NCBI GenBank assembly: GCA_951812955.1
Contig: OX638340.1
Coordinates: 224,001-288,000, forward strand
Reading direction: 5' to 3'
DNA from: an uncultured Gemmatimonadota bacterium
GTDB taxonomy: Bacteria; JAAXHH01
Length of the DNA stretch: 64,000 bases
Made by a program: the position numbers and the translations under genes. The stretch's first letter is position 1, and each line of letters opens with the position of its first letter. The notes under the pieces are model-generated. The model saw only the letters and a program-made list of their open reading frames with translations. It was not told the DNA's origin and did not search any database. Below, piece after piece: positions 35,643 to 45,057 of the stretch.

Positions 35643-36748
35643 CTGGTGGGGCTTCCCTGTTCGTCCAGGCCGTATAGATCCCGCGCGGTTTCCACGAATA
35701 CCTTTCGCTTCAGTCCCGAGTCAATCCCGGGCAGCACCGAATCGGGTGATTCCCAGTCCCAGTGAGGATAGTCGCTGGCGTAAACGAGGATCTCGTCCGC
35801 GTGAAGCCAGTCCAGGAAAGTACTGAGATCCCGGCGGGTCGGCGGCTGTTCCATGGGCTGGCATCCAAACCGGATGTGGCCGCGTATGTATTCACTGGGC
35901 AGGCGCTTGACCCAGGGCGTGTAGTCGCGTACCGCCTTCCAGTCCGCGTCCATATGCCACATCAGGCCCGGTACCCAGAAGGTGTCGTGTTCAATGAAAA
36001 GGAATTTGAGATCGGGGAATTTCTCGAAGGTCCCTTCGCAGATCAGGCTAACGACGTGGGCCATGGCGATCTGGGGACGGGCCATGCGCATTTCCAGGTA
36101 GTATGAAGGGTACCCGGCCGCCGTGGGGGCGTTGGCTATCCCGGCGCCCTCGACACCGAAGTGCACGCACATGGGAAGACGGCACGCCTGCGCGGCCTCG
36201 TAGATCGGGTCGTAGAACCGGTTGCCGAAGGGCATCCGTCCGCCGGCGGGCATGATGACCTGCAATACCTCGGGACGGTCGCCGATGCGCCGGATTTCCG
36301 CGGCCGCCTGCTGCGGATCCGTCGGCGCCACCGCCACCGACGCGCGGAAACGGCCGTCCGCCTTGATCCAGGTCTCCAGGGTCCAGTCGTTGAAAGCCCG
36401 GCACATGGCGGCGCCATAATCCGCGTTCGGGTGCACCGCCGCGCCGTACACGGTCACGCCCGTCAGTAGAGCCACGTCAATGCCGTACTCGTCGAGATGA
36501 TGCTCACGCGCCAGGTCGATGTTGCTGCTGGGGTGGGTCTCGGTGTGTTCCCATAATTCGGCGCGGCATCCGCCTTTCGGGAGGTTGGTGTACCCGACGC
36601 CGGGCATCATGGACCCGAAGTCCTTCACGTATTCCACGTAATGATCGGGGAGATAGGGGAACAGGTCTTCGATTTCCACCACACCGTGGTGCAGGTCGCA
36701 GTCGATGAGATTTAACTTCGAAGCGGACTTTCGTGCGACCTCGGCCAT
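35639..36748 (-). CDS. amidohydrolase-2 family (PF04909-type TIM-barrel metal-dependent hydrolase/decarboxylase)
   Basis: N-terminal LIDCDLHHG metal-binding motif, overall Amidohydro_2 pattern, and a conserved C-terminal Asp region (SDYPHWD). ATG at 36748 is preceded by GGAAGG; the TTG at 36820 is rejected. Confidence 0.7.
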   Translation of the reverse strand: MAEVARKSASKLNLIDCDLHHGVVEIEDLFPYLPDHYVEYVKDFGSMMPGVGYTNLPKGGCRAELWEHTETHPSSNIDLAREHHLDEYGIDVALLTGVTVYGAAVHPNADYGAAMCRAFNDWTLETWIKADGRFRASVAVAPTDPQQAAAEIRRIGDRPEVLQVIMPAGGRMPFGNRFYDPIYEAAQACRLPMCVHFGVEGAGIANAPTAAGYPSYYLEMRMARPQIAMAHVVSLICEGTFEKFPDLKFLFIEHDTFWVPGLMWHMDADWKAVRDYTPWVKRLPSEYIRGHIRFGCQPMEQPPTRRDLSTFLDWLHADEILVYASDYPHWDWESPDSVLPGIDSGLKRKVFVETARDLYGLDEQGSPTR

Positions 36749-37068
36749 GGTCTGAGAAAACCTTCCAGAAGCTCCGCGTAACAGGTGGGAATGGTGTTTC
36801 TGCCATAAACACGCAATCAAGCGGTCCTGTCAAGCTGATTCAGTGATTCCGCGCCTCGGGCCGATGCCGGGGTTGCCAGATACGCGGAAGACGCTCAATT
36901 TAAAGCATGGCCCGGTATCGCGGCGAGCCTGCGGGACCGGCTCTGCCGGCGAACGAGGCGACCCGGTGAAATTTGTACTTTTCATTTATCGGCCAGACAC
37001 TAAATTTCCATACCGTTTCGTACTTGCGCCTTAAATCGACCGCGTAGCCAAATCTGCATTGGACGCCT

Positions 37069-37791
37069 ATGATATCCTGGATTTACGACCCCGAGGCATG
37101 GGTCGCCCTCGTCACGCTTACGACCCTTGAGATTGTGCTGGGCATCGACAACATCGTCGTGCTCTCGATTCTCGTAGGGCGTCTGCCGGCCCACCAACGG
37201 CAACGCGCACGCATCATAGGACTCGGGCTGGCCATGATCATGCGGCTGGGGCTGCTGCTCACGCTGGCCTGGATAATGACCCTGACGGCAACACTGTTCA
37301 CCGTGTTCAGCGAAGCTATTTCGGGCCGGGACCTCATTCTGATATTAGGAGGACTGTTCCTGCTCGTAAAGAGTACGACCGAGATCCATGGCACGTTCGA
37401 GGAACATCGCAAGACCGAAACTACCCCCAAAGTGAGCTCCTATGCAGGCGTGTTGATACAGATCGCGCTGATCGACATCATTTTCTCGCTGGATTCGGTC
37501 ATTACCGCGGTCGGTATGGCGGAACACGTACCCGTGATGATGCTCGCGATCATCATCGCCGTACTCTTCATGATGATGGCCGCCAGATCGATCGGGGATT
37601 TTGTCGATACCAATCCTACGGTGAAAATGCTGGCGCTGAGTTTTCTCGTGTTGATAGGCGTAGCGCTTATCGCCGACGGACTCGATCTTCATATTCCCAA
37701 GGGTTACATCTACTTCGCCATGGCCTTTTCGGTCGGCGTGGAGATGCTGAACATGCGCCTGCGGCGCCACCAGGACGGTTCCGGCAGTTAG
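37069..37791 (+). CDS. TerC-family integral membrane protein
   Basis: Hallmark TerC motifs LEIVLGIDNIVVLSIL and SLDSVITAVGM; roughly 7 TM helices. Confidence 0.85.
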   Translation: MISWIYDPEAWVALVTLTTLEIVLGIDNIVVLSILVGRLPAHQRQRARIIGLGLAMIMRLGLLLTLAWIMTLTATLFTVFSEAISGRDLILILGGLFLLVKSTTEIHGTFEEHRKTETTPKVSSYAGVLIQIALIDIIFSLDSVITAVGMAEHVPVMMLAIIIAVLFMMMAARSIGDFVDTNPTVKMLALSFLVLIGVALIADGLDLHIPKGYIYFAMAFSVGVEMLNMRLRRHQDGSGS

Positions 37792-37825
37792 CAGGTACAG
37801 AAACACCGAAACTGGAGATGACCAC

Positions 37826-38806
37826 ATGGAATACCGGCAACTCGGCCGTTTCGGCGTGCGCGTGTCTCCCATCTGCCTCGGCACGGCGTTCCGGGGCTTC
37901 TGGGCCGGCCGGACAAACGAGAAGACCTGCATCCGGACGATAGAAACGGCGGTGGATCTTGGGATCAACTTCATCGACTGCGCGAACTTCTACTTCGGCG
38001 GCAGGTGCGAGGAAGTGCTGGGCAAGGCCCTGGCCGGCATGAAGGACAAACGGGACAACCTGGTGATCACCAGCAAGGTCTGGAGCGAGATCGGGCCGGG
38101 CCCTAACGACAGGGGCACCTCGCGCTACCATATCATGCGGGAGATCGACCGTTCGTTGAGACGCCTGGGCCTGGACCATATCGATCTCTATCTACTGCAC
38201 CACTTCGATCCCGACACCCCCCTGGACGAAACAATGGACGCCATGAACGATTTGGTCAGGCAGGGCAAGGCCAGGTATGTCGGCATGTGCAACTACACGG
38301 CCGCGCAGGTCGTCGAGGCGTTGTGGGTAGCCGACAAACACGGCTTTGCCAGGCCGGTCTGCCTCCAGAATCACTACAACCTGATCCATCGTTCCGCCGT
38401 GGAGACCGAACTCCTCGACCGGTGCCGTCGGCACGGGCTGGGGATGATGACGTACAGTCCCATCGCCGTAGGCCTGCTTACGGGCCGGTGCCGGCGGGGC
38501 GAGGATCCGCCCGAGGGCTCGATCTGGACGAAAGATATCGAGCGGTACAGGAAAACCATGACGCCAGCCGTCGATCAACTCATCGCCACGTTGATCGACG
38601 TGGCCGCGGAGCTTGACAGAACCCCCGCGCAGGTCGCTTTCGCGTGGATCCTGGATCATCCCGATGTAACGGCCGCGATGACCGGTCCGGACCAGCCGGA
38701 ACACGTGGAAGAGGTCTGCGGCGGGACGGGCTGGAAACTGCCTGCCGAGATCCGAAGTAAGCTGGACGAGGCTTCCGCCCCGGAACGCCTCGGTCAGTCT
38801 GCGTAG
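37826..38806 (+). CDS. aldo/keto reductase
   Basis: AKR N-terminus MEYRQLGRFGVRVSPICLGT and the catalytic tetrad context (D...Y...K...H: IDCANFYF, LVITSKV, LQNHYNL). Confidence 0.85.
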   Translation: MEYRQLGRFGVRVSPICLGTAFRGFWAGRTNEKTCIRTIETAVDLGINFIDCANFYFGGRCEEVLGKALAGMKDKRDNLVITSKVWSEIGPGPNDRGTSRYHIMREIDRSLRRLGLDHIDLYLLHHFDPDTPLDETMDAMNDLVRQGKARYVGMCNYTAAQVVEALWVADKHGFARPVCLQNHYNLIHRSAVETELLDRCRRHGLGMMTYSPIAVGLLTGRCRRGEDPPEGSIWTKDIERYRKTMTPAVDQLIATLIDVAAELDRTPAQVAFAWILDHPDVTAAMTGPDQPEHVEEVCGGTGWKLPAEIRSKLDEASAPERLGQSA

Positions 38807-38858
38807 CAAGATTTCCTGCCGGGCCGTTGTGCTCCGCTGGTCCGCGGCTCATTGCCAT

Positions 38859-38885
38859 CCCCGGCACGGTCCTGCGGGGTTTTAT
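38859..38885 (+). terminator. hairpin ccccg-N11-cgggg followed by TTTTAT: putative intrinsic terminator of the AKR gene
   Basis: Read from the sequence, in the convergent gap between the AKR gene (+) and the CorC gene (-). Confidence 0.35.
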
Positions 38886-38887
38886 CC

Positions 38888-40204
38888 CTATCCGTCTCCC
38901 GTATCCTGCTCATCCATATCGGCCATCCGATCGATCCTGAGCCGTTGGACACGGGTAGGCAAAACGCGCAGCGCCGTCATCAGATGTGCTCCGGTACGGA
39001 CCTGTTCCCCCTGCTTGGGAATGTGACCCAGCAGTTCGATCATGACCCCGCCCGTGGTATCCGAGGTCAGTTCATCGGGAAGTTGCAGCCCGCAGGCGCG
39101 GATGACCTGGTCGACGGGACAACTGGCTTCGACCTCGAAACGGTGGGGTCCGGTCCGCACGATGAGCGGCGCCTCACTGTCGAATTCGTCTTGAATTGGA
39201 CCTACCAGTTCCTCGAGTACGTTTTCCAATGTAATCATACCGGAAACCGTGCCGAACTCGTCCACCAGGACGGCAAGCATGGTATTTCGGCGCTGGAATT
39301 CCAGGAGCAGCGCGTCCAGCTTGATGGTCTCGGGCAGGAACAACGGATCCCGTGCGATTCCTTCCAGACTGGAGGAGCCCTGTTCGTCGAACAGGATCCG
39401 GAACAGGTCCTTGACGTGTACAATCCCGACGATCTGATCCAGGTCCTCGTCGCACAGCGGGAAACGCGTATGTCCCGATTCGGCTACCACGCGCAGTTTC
39501 GTTTCCCGTTCGTCGTGCTGGTTCAGGTACACGATCTGGTTGCGGGGCAGCATGTAACGGCGCGCGACTTTTTCTTCCAGGTCGAGCACGTTTTCCATGA
39601 TCCTTCGCTCCCGCCTGGTGACGTGGCCTCCGGCTACCATGGTGACCAGGGTCATCCGCAATTCAGGTTCCGTGATGGATTCGCCCTGTTCGTTCATGAT
39701 ACGTATACCCAGGCACCTCAGCATGAGGTTGGCGCTGATGTTCAGCAACCAGATGAATGGCCGGAATATCCGGTAGAAGACGACGAGCGGAATCCCAATG
39801 GCGAGGGCCACCTGCCGGCACTTCTGCAGTGCGACGAACTTGGGGACAAGCTCTCCCGCGGTGATCAGCAGGAAGGTCATGACCGCAAAGGCAACTGGAA
39901 TCGCAATGAGATGGGAGGTCTCCGCGGAGAAACCCAGGGTGATTACGAGCGGTTCGAGCAGCGCGGCCATGGTCCGTTCGCTGAACCAACCGAGACCAAG
40001 GCTGCCGAGCGTGACGCCAAGTTGGCACGAAGAAAGGTAGGTGTCGAGGCTGTACAGGATGTTACGAACGGTCTGCGCGGTTCTGCTGCCGTCCTTCGCC
40101 AGCACTTCGATTTCAGACAGGCGTATCTTCACCAGCGCGAATTCCGCAGCTACGAAGAAGCCGTTGAACGCGACCAGCAGCAGGACGATGATTAGGTCAT
40201 TCAT
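38888..40204 (-). CDS. HlyC/CorC (CNNM) family transporter: DUF21 TM domain, CBS pair, CorC_HlyC C-terminal domain
   Basis: N-terminal DUF21 (LLLVAFNGFFVAAEFALVKIR), a central CBS pair, and a C-terminal transporter-associated domain. Confidence 0.85.
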   Translation of the reverse strand: MNDLIIVLLLVAFNGFFVAAEFALVKIRLSEIEVLAKDGSRTAQTVRNILYSLDTYLSSCQLGVTLGSLGLGWFSERTMAALLEPLVITLGFSAETSHLIAIPVAFAVMTFLLITAGELVPKFVALQKCRQVALAIGIPLVVFYRIFRPFIWLLNISANLMLRCLGIRIMNEQGESITEPELRMTLVTMVAGGHVTRRERRIMENVLDLEEKVARRYMLPRNQIVYLNQHDERETKLRVVAESGHTRFPLCDEDLDQIVGIVHVKDLFRILFDEQGSSSLEGIARDPLFLPETIKLDALLLEFQRRNTMLAVLVDEFGTVSGMITLENVLEELVGPIQDEFDSEAPLIVRTGPHRFEVEASCPVDQVIRACGLQLPDELTSDTTGGVMIELLGHIPKQGEQVRTGAHLMTALRVLPTRVQRLRIDRMADMDEQDTGDG

Positions 40205-40263
40205 GGTTCAGGGGGATGATCGGAGCGTACCCGTCGCGGTTGAAGTTAGTGAACCAGGGGAAT

Positions 40264-40731
40264 TCAGCGAACGGAACCACCGAATTTATCGGTCAGCACT
40301 TCACGACGGTAATCGAAAATCGCGTTGAGCTGGTTCTTGACGATCGCTGCATGTACCATACGGCCCAGGAATCCAAATGGCAAGGCATAATGGATCAGGT
40401 CGACCATTTCCACGCCGTGCTCTGTAGACCGCAATCGGTGTTCATGGTGCCAGAATCTGTATGGTCCGGATCTCTGCTCGTCAATAAAATACCTAAGTGG
40501 TTCTGCCTGAGTAATTTCCGTGACCCAGTTAAAGCAGAACATTTTGTATAGCGCGAGCCTGTAGGTGATGATGAGGCCCGGGTATACGCAGTCGGGCAGT
40601 TCGGAAGTAACGGTCAGTCCGACCCCCGGCGGAGTCAGATTGCGAAGATGCTCGGGGCGGCACAGGAAATCCCAGGCGGCGTCCAGGGATACGGGCAGAA
40701 TCTGCGTACGCTGCAACCGGTAGACATGCAT
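40264..40731 (-). CDS. SRPBCC (START/Bet v1-like, polyketide_cyc2-type) domain protein
   Basis: ~155 aa with a START-like pattern. The ATG at 40731 gives a typical domain-sized product; the upstream-extended ORF is rejected. Confidence 0.55.
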   Translation of the reverse strand: MHVYRLQRTQILPVSLDAAWDFLCRPEHLRNLTPPGVGLTVTSELPDCVYPGLIITYRLALYKMFCFNWVTEITQAEPLRYFIDEQRSGPYRFWHHEHRLRSTEHGVEMVDLIHYALPFGFLGRMVHAAIVKNQLNAIFDYRREVLTDKFGGSVR

Positions 40732-40939
40732 GGAATCCGGATCTCCTGTTCGAATTATCCGACTAACCGGGGTCTGCCCCGTCGCAATGCCGACAGGTGT
40801 GCCCCTCCAGTCCGAAGCCGCTATTCCGGATACTACGGGAATCCTCAATGCGAGTCAATCCACATTGGCCGGGTGGGGGAATCGCGCGTGCGCACCGACC
40901 TTGACATTGCGTGGTCCCGGTCTTAACTTTCGCCACACT

Positions 40940-41848
40940 ATGGTCATACTCGTTACTGGCGGATCGGGGTTGATCGGCCGCCGGCTGATCCCATACCTCG
41001 AGACGCGCGGCCACCGGGTCGTTCGCTTGGTCAGATCCAGAGACAAGGTCGGCGAGAATGCGATCTTCTGGTCCTCCTCCGAAGGCCGCGTTTATTGGGA
41101 CGAATCCGGTGGAATAGACGCCATCGTGCACCTGGCGGGCGAGTCGATCCTGGGCCGATGGACCAGGGCCAAGAAGGCCCGGATACGCGACAGCCGCGTC
41201 GACCCCACCCGCAACCTCTGTGCGTTTCTCGCAGGGATGGAGGCACCGCCCAGGGTCCTGGTGGCCGCGTCGGCCACCGGATTTTACGGCAACCGCGGCA
41301 AAGAACCGCTCGTCGAGGAGTCCCAGTCAGGTAACGGCTTTCTTCCCGGGGTATGCAGGCAGTGGGAAGCGGCGACGGGACCGGCCCGCGACGCAGGGAT
41401 CCGGGTCGCGAATCTGCGCATCGGTATGGTACTGACTCCCGAAGGAGGCGCGCTGGCCGCCATGCGCATGCCCTTCCGGCTGGCGCTGGGCGGAAGAGTC
41501 GGGGACGGTAGACAGTACATGAGCTGGATTACCCGGGACGACCTGGTTGCCGCAATCCGTTTCATCCTGGAATCGGACGAACTGGACGGACCCATAAACG
41601 CCGTTGCCCCCGGGTCCGTTGACAATGCGGAGTTTACGCGGGTTCTGGGTCTTGCGCTGCATCGTCCGACCCCCTTTTCGGTACCCGCCTTCGCAGTCCG
41701 CCTGTTGTTCGGCCAAATGGGAAACGACCTGCTTCTCGCGAGCGCGAAAGTCATACCCGAACGTCTTCAGCAAGCGGGTTTTCAATTCGAGCACGCGGAT
41801 CTGAAGTCTGCGCTGAACGACCTGTTGCAGACGAGACCTTCGACATGA
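40940..41848 (+). CDS. TIGR01777-family (YfcH-like) NAD-dependent epimerase/dehydratase with C-terminal DUF1731
   Basis: N-terminal VTGGSGLIGRRL Rossmann motif; C-terminal region matches the DUF1731 tail (PAFAVRLLFGQMGNDLLLASAKVIPERLQQAGFQF). A TTGACA-17-TAACTT element lies at 40901-40929. Confidence 0.75.
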   Translation: MVILVTGGSGLIGRRLIPYLETRGHRVVRLVRSRDKVGENAIFWSSSEGRVYWDESGGIDAIVHLAGESILGRWTRAKKARIRDSRVDPTRNLCAFLAGMEAPPRVLVAASATGFYGNRGKEPLVEESQSGNGFLPGVCRQWEAATGPARDAGIRVANLRIGMVLTPEGGALAAMRMPFRLALGGRVGDGRQYMSWITRDDLVAAIRFILESDELDGPINAVAPGSVDNAEFTRVLGLALHRPTPFSVPAFAVRLLFGQMGNDLLLASAKVIPERLQQAGFQFEHADLKSALNDLLQTRPST

Positions 41849-41909
41849 ACAGGAAGGACCGGTTCTCCACGAATGCGGCGCCTCATGCCGCGTCGATCCC
41901 TATGCAACG

Positions 41910-43528
41910 ATGGTCATGAACTCCGATAACCCGCATCAGCCGGCACAAACAAGGCCATCAGCTTCGGGTGGATTCCTGGACGCCATAGAGCGGATCGGAA
42001 ATCGCCTGCCTGACCCCACGACGCTCTTCCTGGTCGGTGCACTGTTCATCGTCTTCCTCTCAGACATCGCGGCCCGCGGGGAGTGGACCGTAGTGCAGCG
42101 CCTGCCGGAACAGGTTATCCTGCAAGATGGATCGGCCGGTGTGGCGTGGCGCGAGACCGGGGAGACCTTCACGTCCACCAGCCTGCTCACCCGGGACGGG
42201 CTCTTCTGGGTCGTCGGCAACATGGTTGAGAATTTCATGCGCTTCCCGCCCCTCGGCGTTGTCCTCGTGGGCATGCTGGGCATCGGAGTGGCGGAACGGA
42301 CGGGGATGATCGCCACCGTGCTCAAGGCGTTCATGCTGGCGGTCCCGGGGAGGTTGCTGACTCCGGCCATGGTCTTCATCGGAATTATGTCGTCCCTTAC
42401 ACTGGACGCCGGATACGTCATACTTCCGCCCCTCGCGGCGGCGCTGTACAAGGCCGTGGGCCGGTCTCCGCTGGCCGGACTGGCCGCCGTATTCGCCGGC
42501 GTATCCGCGGGATTCAACGCCAATCTGTTCGTGACCGGGCTGGACCCCCTCCTGGCCGGTCTGTCCACGGCCGGGGCACAGACGATCGACGCGGCATACC
42601 AGGTTGCCGCCACGTGCAACTGGTATTTCATGATTGCGTCGACAGTAGTCATGACGCTGGTAGGGTGGCTCGTTACGGCCTGGTTCGTCGAAAGGCGCCT
42701 GGCGGGCAAGTCACCCGAGGAAGGCGGTCCGGCGCCCGCGACGTCGGCCGGACCGGAAGAACACGCTATGACGGCGGTGGAGAAGCGGGGCATGGTCCGG
42801 GCGTCCCTGGCGTTCTGCGTGGTGCTTTCGGCCATCGTGTTCCTGATTCTGTGGCCGGGCGCACCGCTGTACGGGACGGGCAGGTTGTTCGACCGCTGGG
42901 TGGAGGCCATCGTGCCCCTGCTTCTTTTCTGCTTCATCCTGCCCGGCATCGTGTATGGCATCTCGGTGGGCGCCATTAAGAACGACAAGGATGCGGCCCG
43001 CCTGCTCATAGAAACGATCGCCACCATGGCCCCGATCATCGTGCTTGCCTTCTTCGCCGCCCAGTTCATCGCCTACTTCCAGTATTCGGGTCTGGGCCGG
43101 ATGCTGGCGATGGCTGGCGGCCAGGCCCTCGGCCAGGCGCAGATGCCGGCGTGGATGCTGATCATCGCCTTCATCCTGGTCACCCTGGTGTTCAACCTGC
43201 TCATCGGGTCCATGTCGGCCAAGTACGCGCTCTTCGCGCCAATCTTCATACCCATGTTCATGATGGTGGGCATAAGCCCCGAACTGACGCAGGCGGCCTA
43301 CCGGATCGGCGACTCCGTGAGCAACACCATCACGCCGCTGAATCCCTACCTGGTGATCATCCTGGTCTTCATGCGCCAGTTTGTGCCCAGGGGGGCATGG
43401 GCACGCTGATTTCCACGATGCTCCCCTATACCGTGGTGTTTGCCGTCATCTGGACCCTTGTCCTCGTGATCTGGATGGCGATGGGCATCCCCCTCGGGCC
43501 GGCGGGCGGCCTGGTCTATGTCCCCTGA
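41910..43528 (+). CDS. AbgT-family (p-aminobenzoyl-glutamate-type) transporter with an apparent 1-nt deletion in a G6 run (43390-43395), which makes it a pseudogene or a homopolymer sequencing error
   Basis: Frame 0 (41910-43409) reads ...IILVFMRQFVPRG and then stops. The conserved AbgT C-terminus GMGTLISTMLPYTVVFAVIW... continues in a second frame up to 43528. One extra G would restore ...FVPRGGMGTLIS... Confidence 0.7.
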
Positions 43529-43594
43529 ACAGGCGTATACGTCGGATTTTAGGCGCCGTTCGAGCGCTGAACGGCCGTTGAGGCAGCGTGATGG

Positions 43595-45019
43595 TCACGG
43601 ATTTTCTGTCTTCGCCGCCGCATTCGAGCGCCGGCGCAGGTACAGGTAGGCAGGGATGCCGAGGGCAATCAGGGCGAGGCCCGATATGGACTCAACGGGG
43701 GTTTCGAAGAGCATGTTGGCGAGAATGCCGGCGGAACCGGCGATGAACAGCAGGGGAACGGCCGGGTAGCCCCAGGCTTTGTAGGGCCTGGGCAGGTCGG
43801 GCTGTTTCCTGCGCAGGGTGAATACCGCGGCCGCCCCGGCGATCCACAGCATGAGATTGGCGAAGGTGACAAAGGTAATCAGGTCTTCGAACGTACCGCT
43901 GAGGGTGAGCACGCATGCCCATGCGGCCTGAAAAATCACTGCCTGACCCGGTGTGCGGTACCTCGGATGTACCGTGCCCGCCCGTTTGAAGAACAGCCCG
44001 TCCCGCGCCATGGCGAAATAGACACGGGGTCCCACCAGGATGCTGGCGTTCAGCGCGCCGACGATGGACACGATGACGGCAGCCGAGATCAGTACGGCGC
44101 CCGTTTCTCCGAAGAGGGCGTTGGCAGCCACTTCACCGACCCGGACGATCCCGGCCATTTCCCCTACCGGCATGGCCTTCAGGTAGATGTAGTTCACCAG
44201 CAGATAGACCACGGTGACGCTCGCGGTGCCCACGACGAGAGCCCGGGGCAGGTTTCGCGCCGGGTCCCTGACCTCTCCCGCTACGAAGGTAACTTCCTCC
44301 CATCCGGCGAAGGCCCAGGCGACGGCGATAAGGGCGACGCCGAAAGCGACCACCAGTTGCCCGAAGTCAATATCCTGCGGGTTGATCCTGAAGTCGATGG
44401 GCTGTGTGGACCCGCTCCAGAGTCCGAACAGGATGAACAAACCGAGCGCGGCGACCTTGATCACCGAGGACACGTTGGTGATGTGCTTGCTGAAGGTGAC
44501 GCCCCGGTAATTTACGACCGTAAGCAGGACGACCAGGGCCAGTGCCGTGACGTGGCCGGCGGAAAGGGAATACTGAAACGTCCAGCCTGGAAGGGCGATT
44601 TCGGTTTCGAAGAATACGTTGGCCATCCCGAAGGAGGGGATGAAGTACCCGGCGTATTCTGCGAATCCCACGGCGAGCGCGGCGATGATTCCGGTCAGGT
44701 ACATGGTGAAGGACACCCAGCCGAAGAGGAATCCGCAGAACGGACCGTAAGCTTCCCGGAGATATACGTACTGGCCGCCGGCCCTGGGCATGGCGGCTCC
44801 GAGCTCGGAGTAGGCCAGCGCGCCGGCGAGGGCGTGCAGTCCGCCGAACAGCCAGGCAAGGAGTATGAGCGAGGCCGAGGGTATGCCCCGGGCCATCAGG
44901 CCGGTGGTGAGGAAAATCCCCGAACCGATCACGATGCCGATAATGATCATCGTGGTGTCGAAAAGACCGAGCTGGCGGACCAGGCCAGTCTTTTCTTTTT
45001 GATCGCTCGGAATTGCCAT
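43595..45019 (-). CDS. APC-superfamily amino acid/polyamine permease
   Basis: 12-TM protein with the APC N-terminal signature (TTMIIIGIVIGSGIF) and an overall amino-acid permease pattern. Confidence 0.8.
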   Translation of the reverse strand: MAIPSDQKEKTGLVRQLGLFDTTMIIIGIVIGSGIFLTTGLMARGIPSASLILLAWLFGGLHALAGALAYSELGAAMPRAGGQYVYLREAYGPFCGFLFGWVSFTMYLTGIIAALAVGFAEYAGYFIPSFGMANVFFETEIALPGWTFQYSLSAGHVTALALVVLLTVVNYRGVTFSKHITNVSSVIKVAALGLFILFGLWSGSTQPIDFRINPQDIDFGQLVVAFGVALIAVAWAFAGWEEVTFVAGEVRDPARNLPRALVVGTASVTVVYLLVNYIYLKAMPVGEMAGIVRVGEVAANALFGETGAVLISAAVIVSIVGALNASILVGPRVYFAMARDGLFFKRAGTVHPRYRTPGQAVIFQAAWACVLTLSGTFEDLITFVTFANLMLWIAGAAAVFTLRRKQPDLPRPYKAWGYPAVPLLFIAGSAGILANMLFETPVESISGLALIALGIPAYLYLRRRSNAAAKTENP

Positions 45020-45057
45020 ATATTGAGAATAGGGGACGTTCCGCGGGGTGGCCGCAC

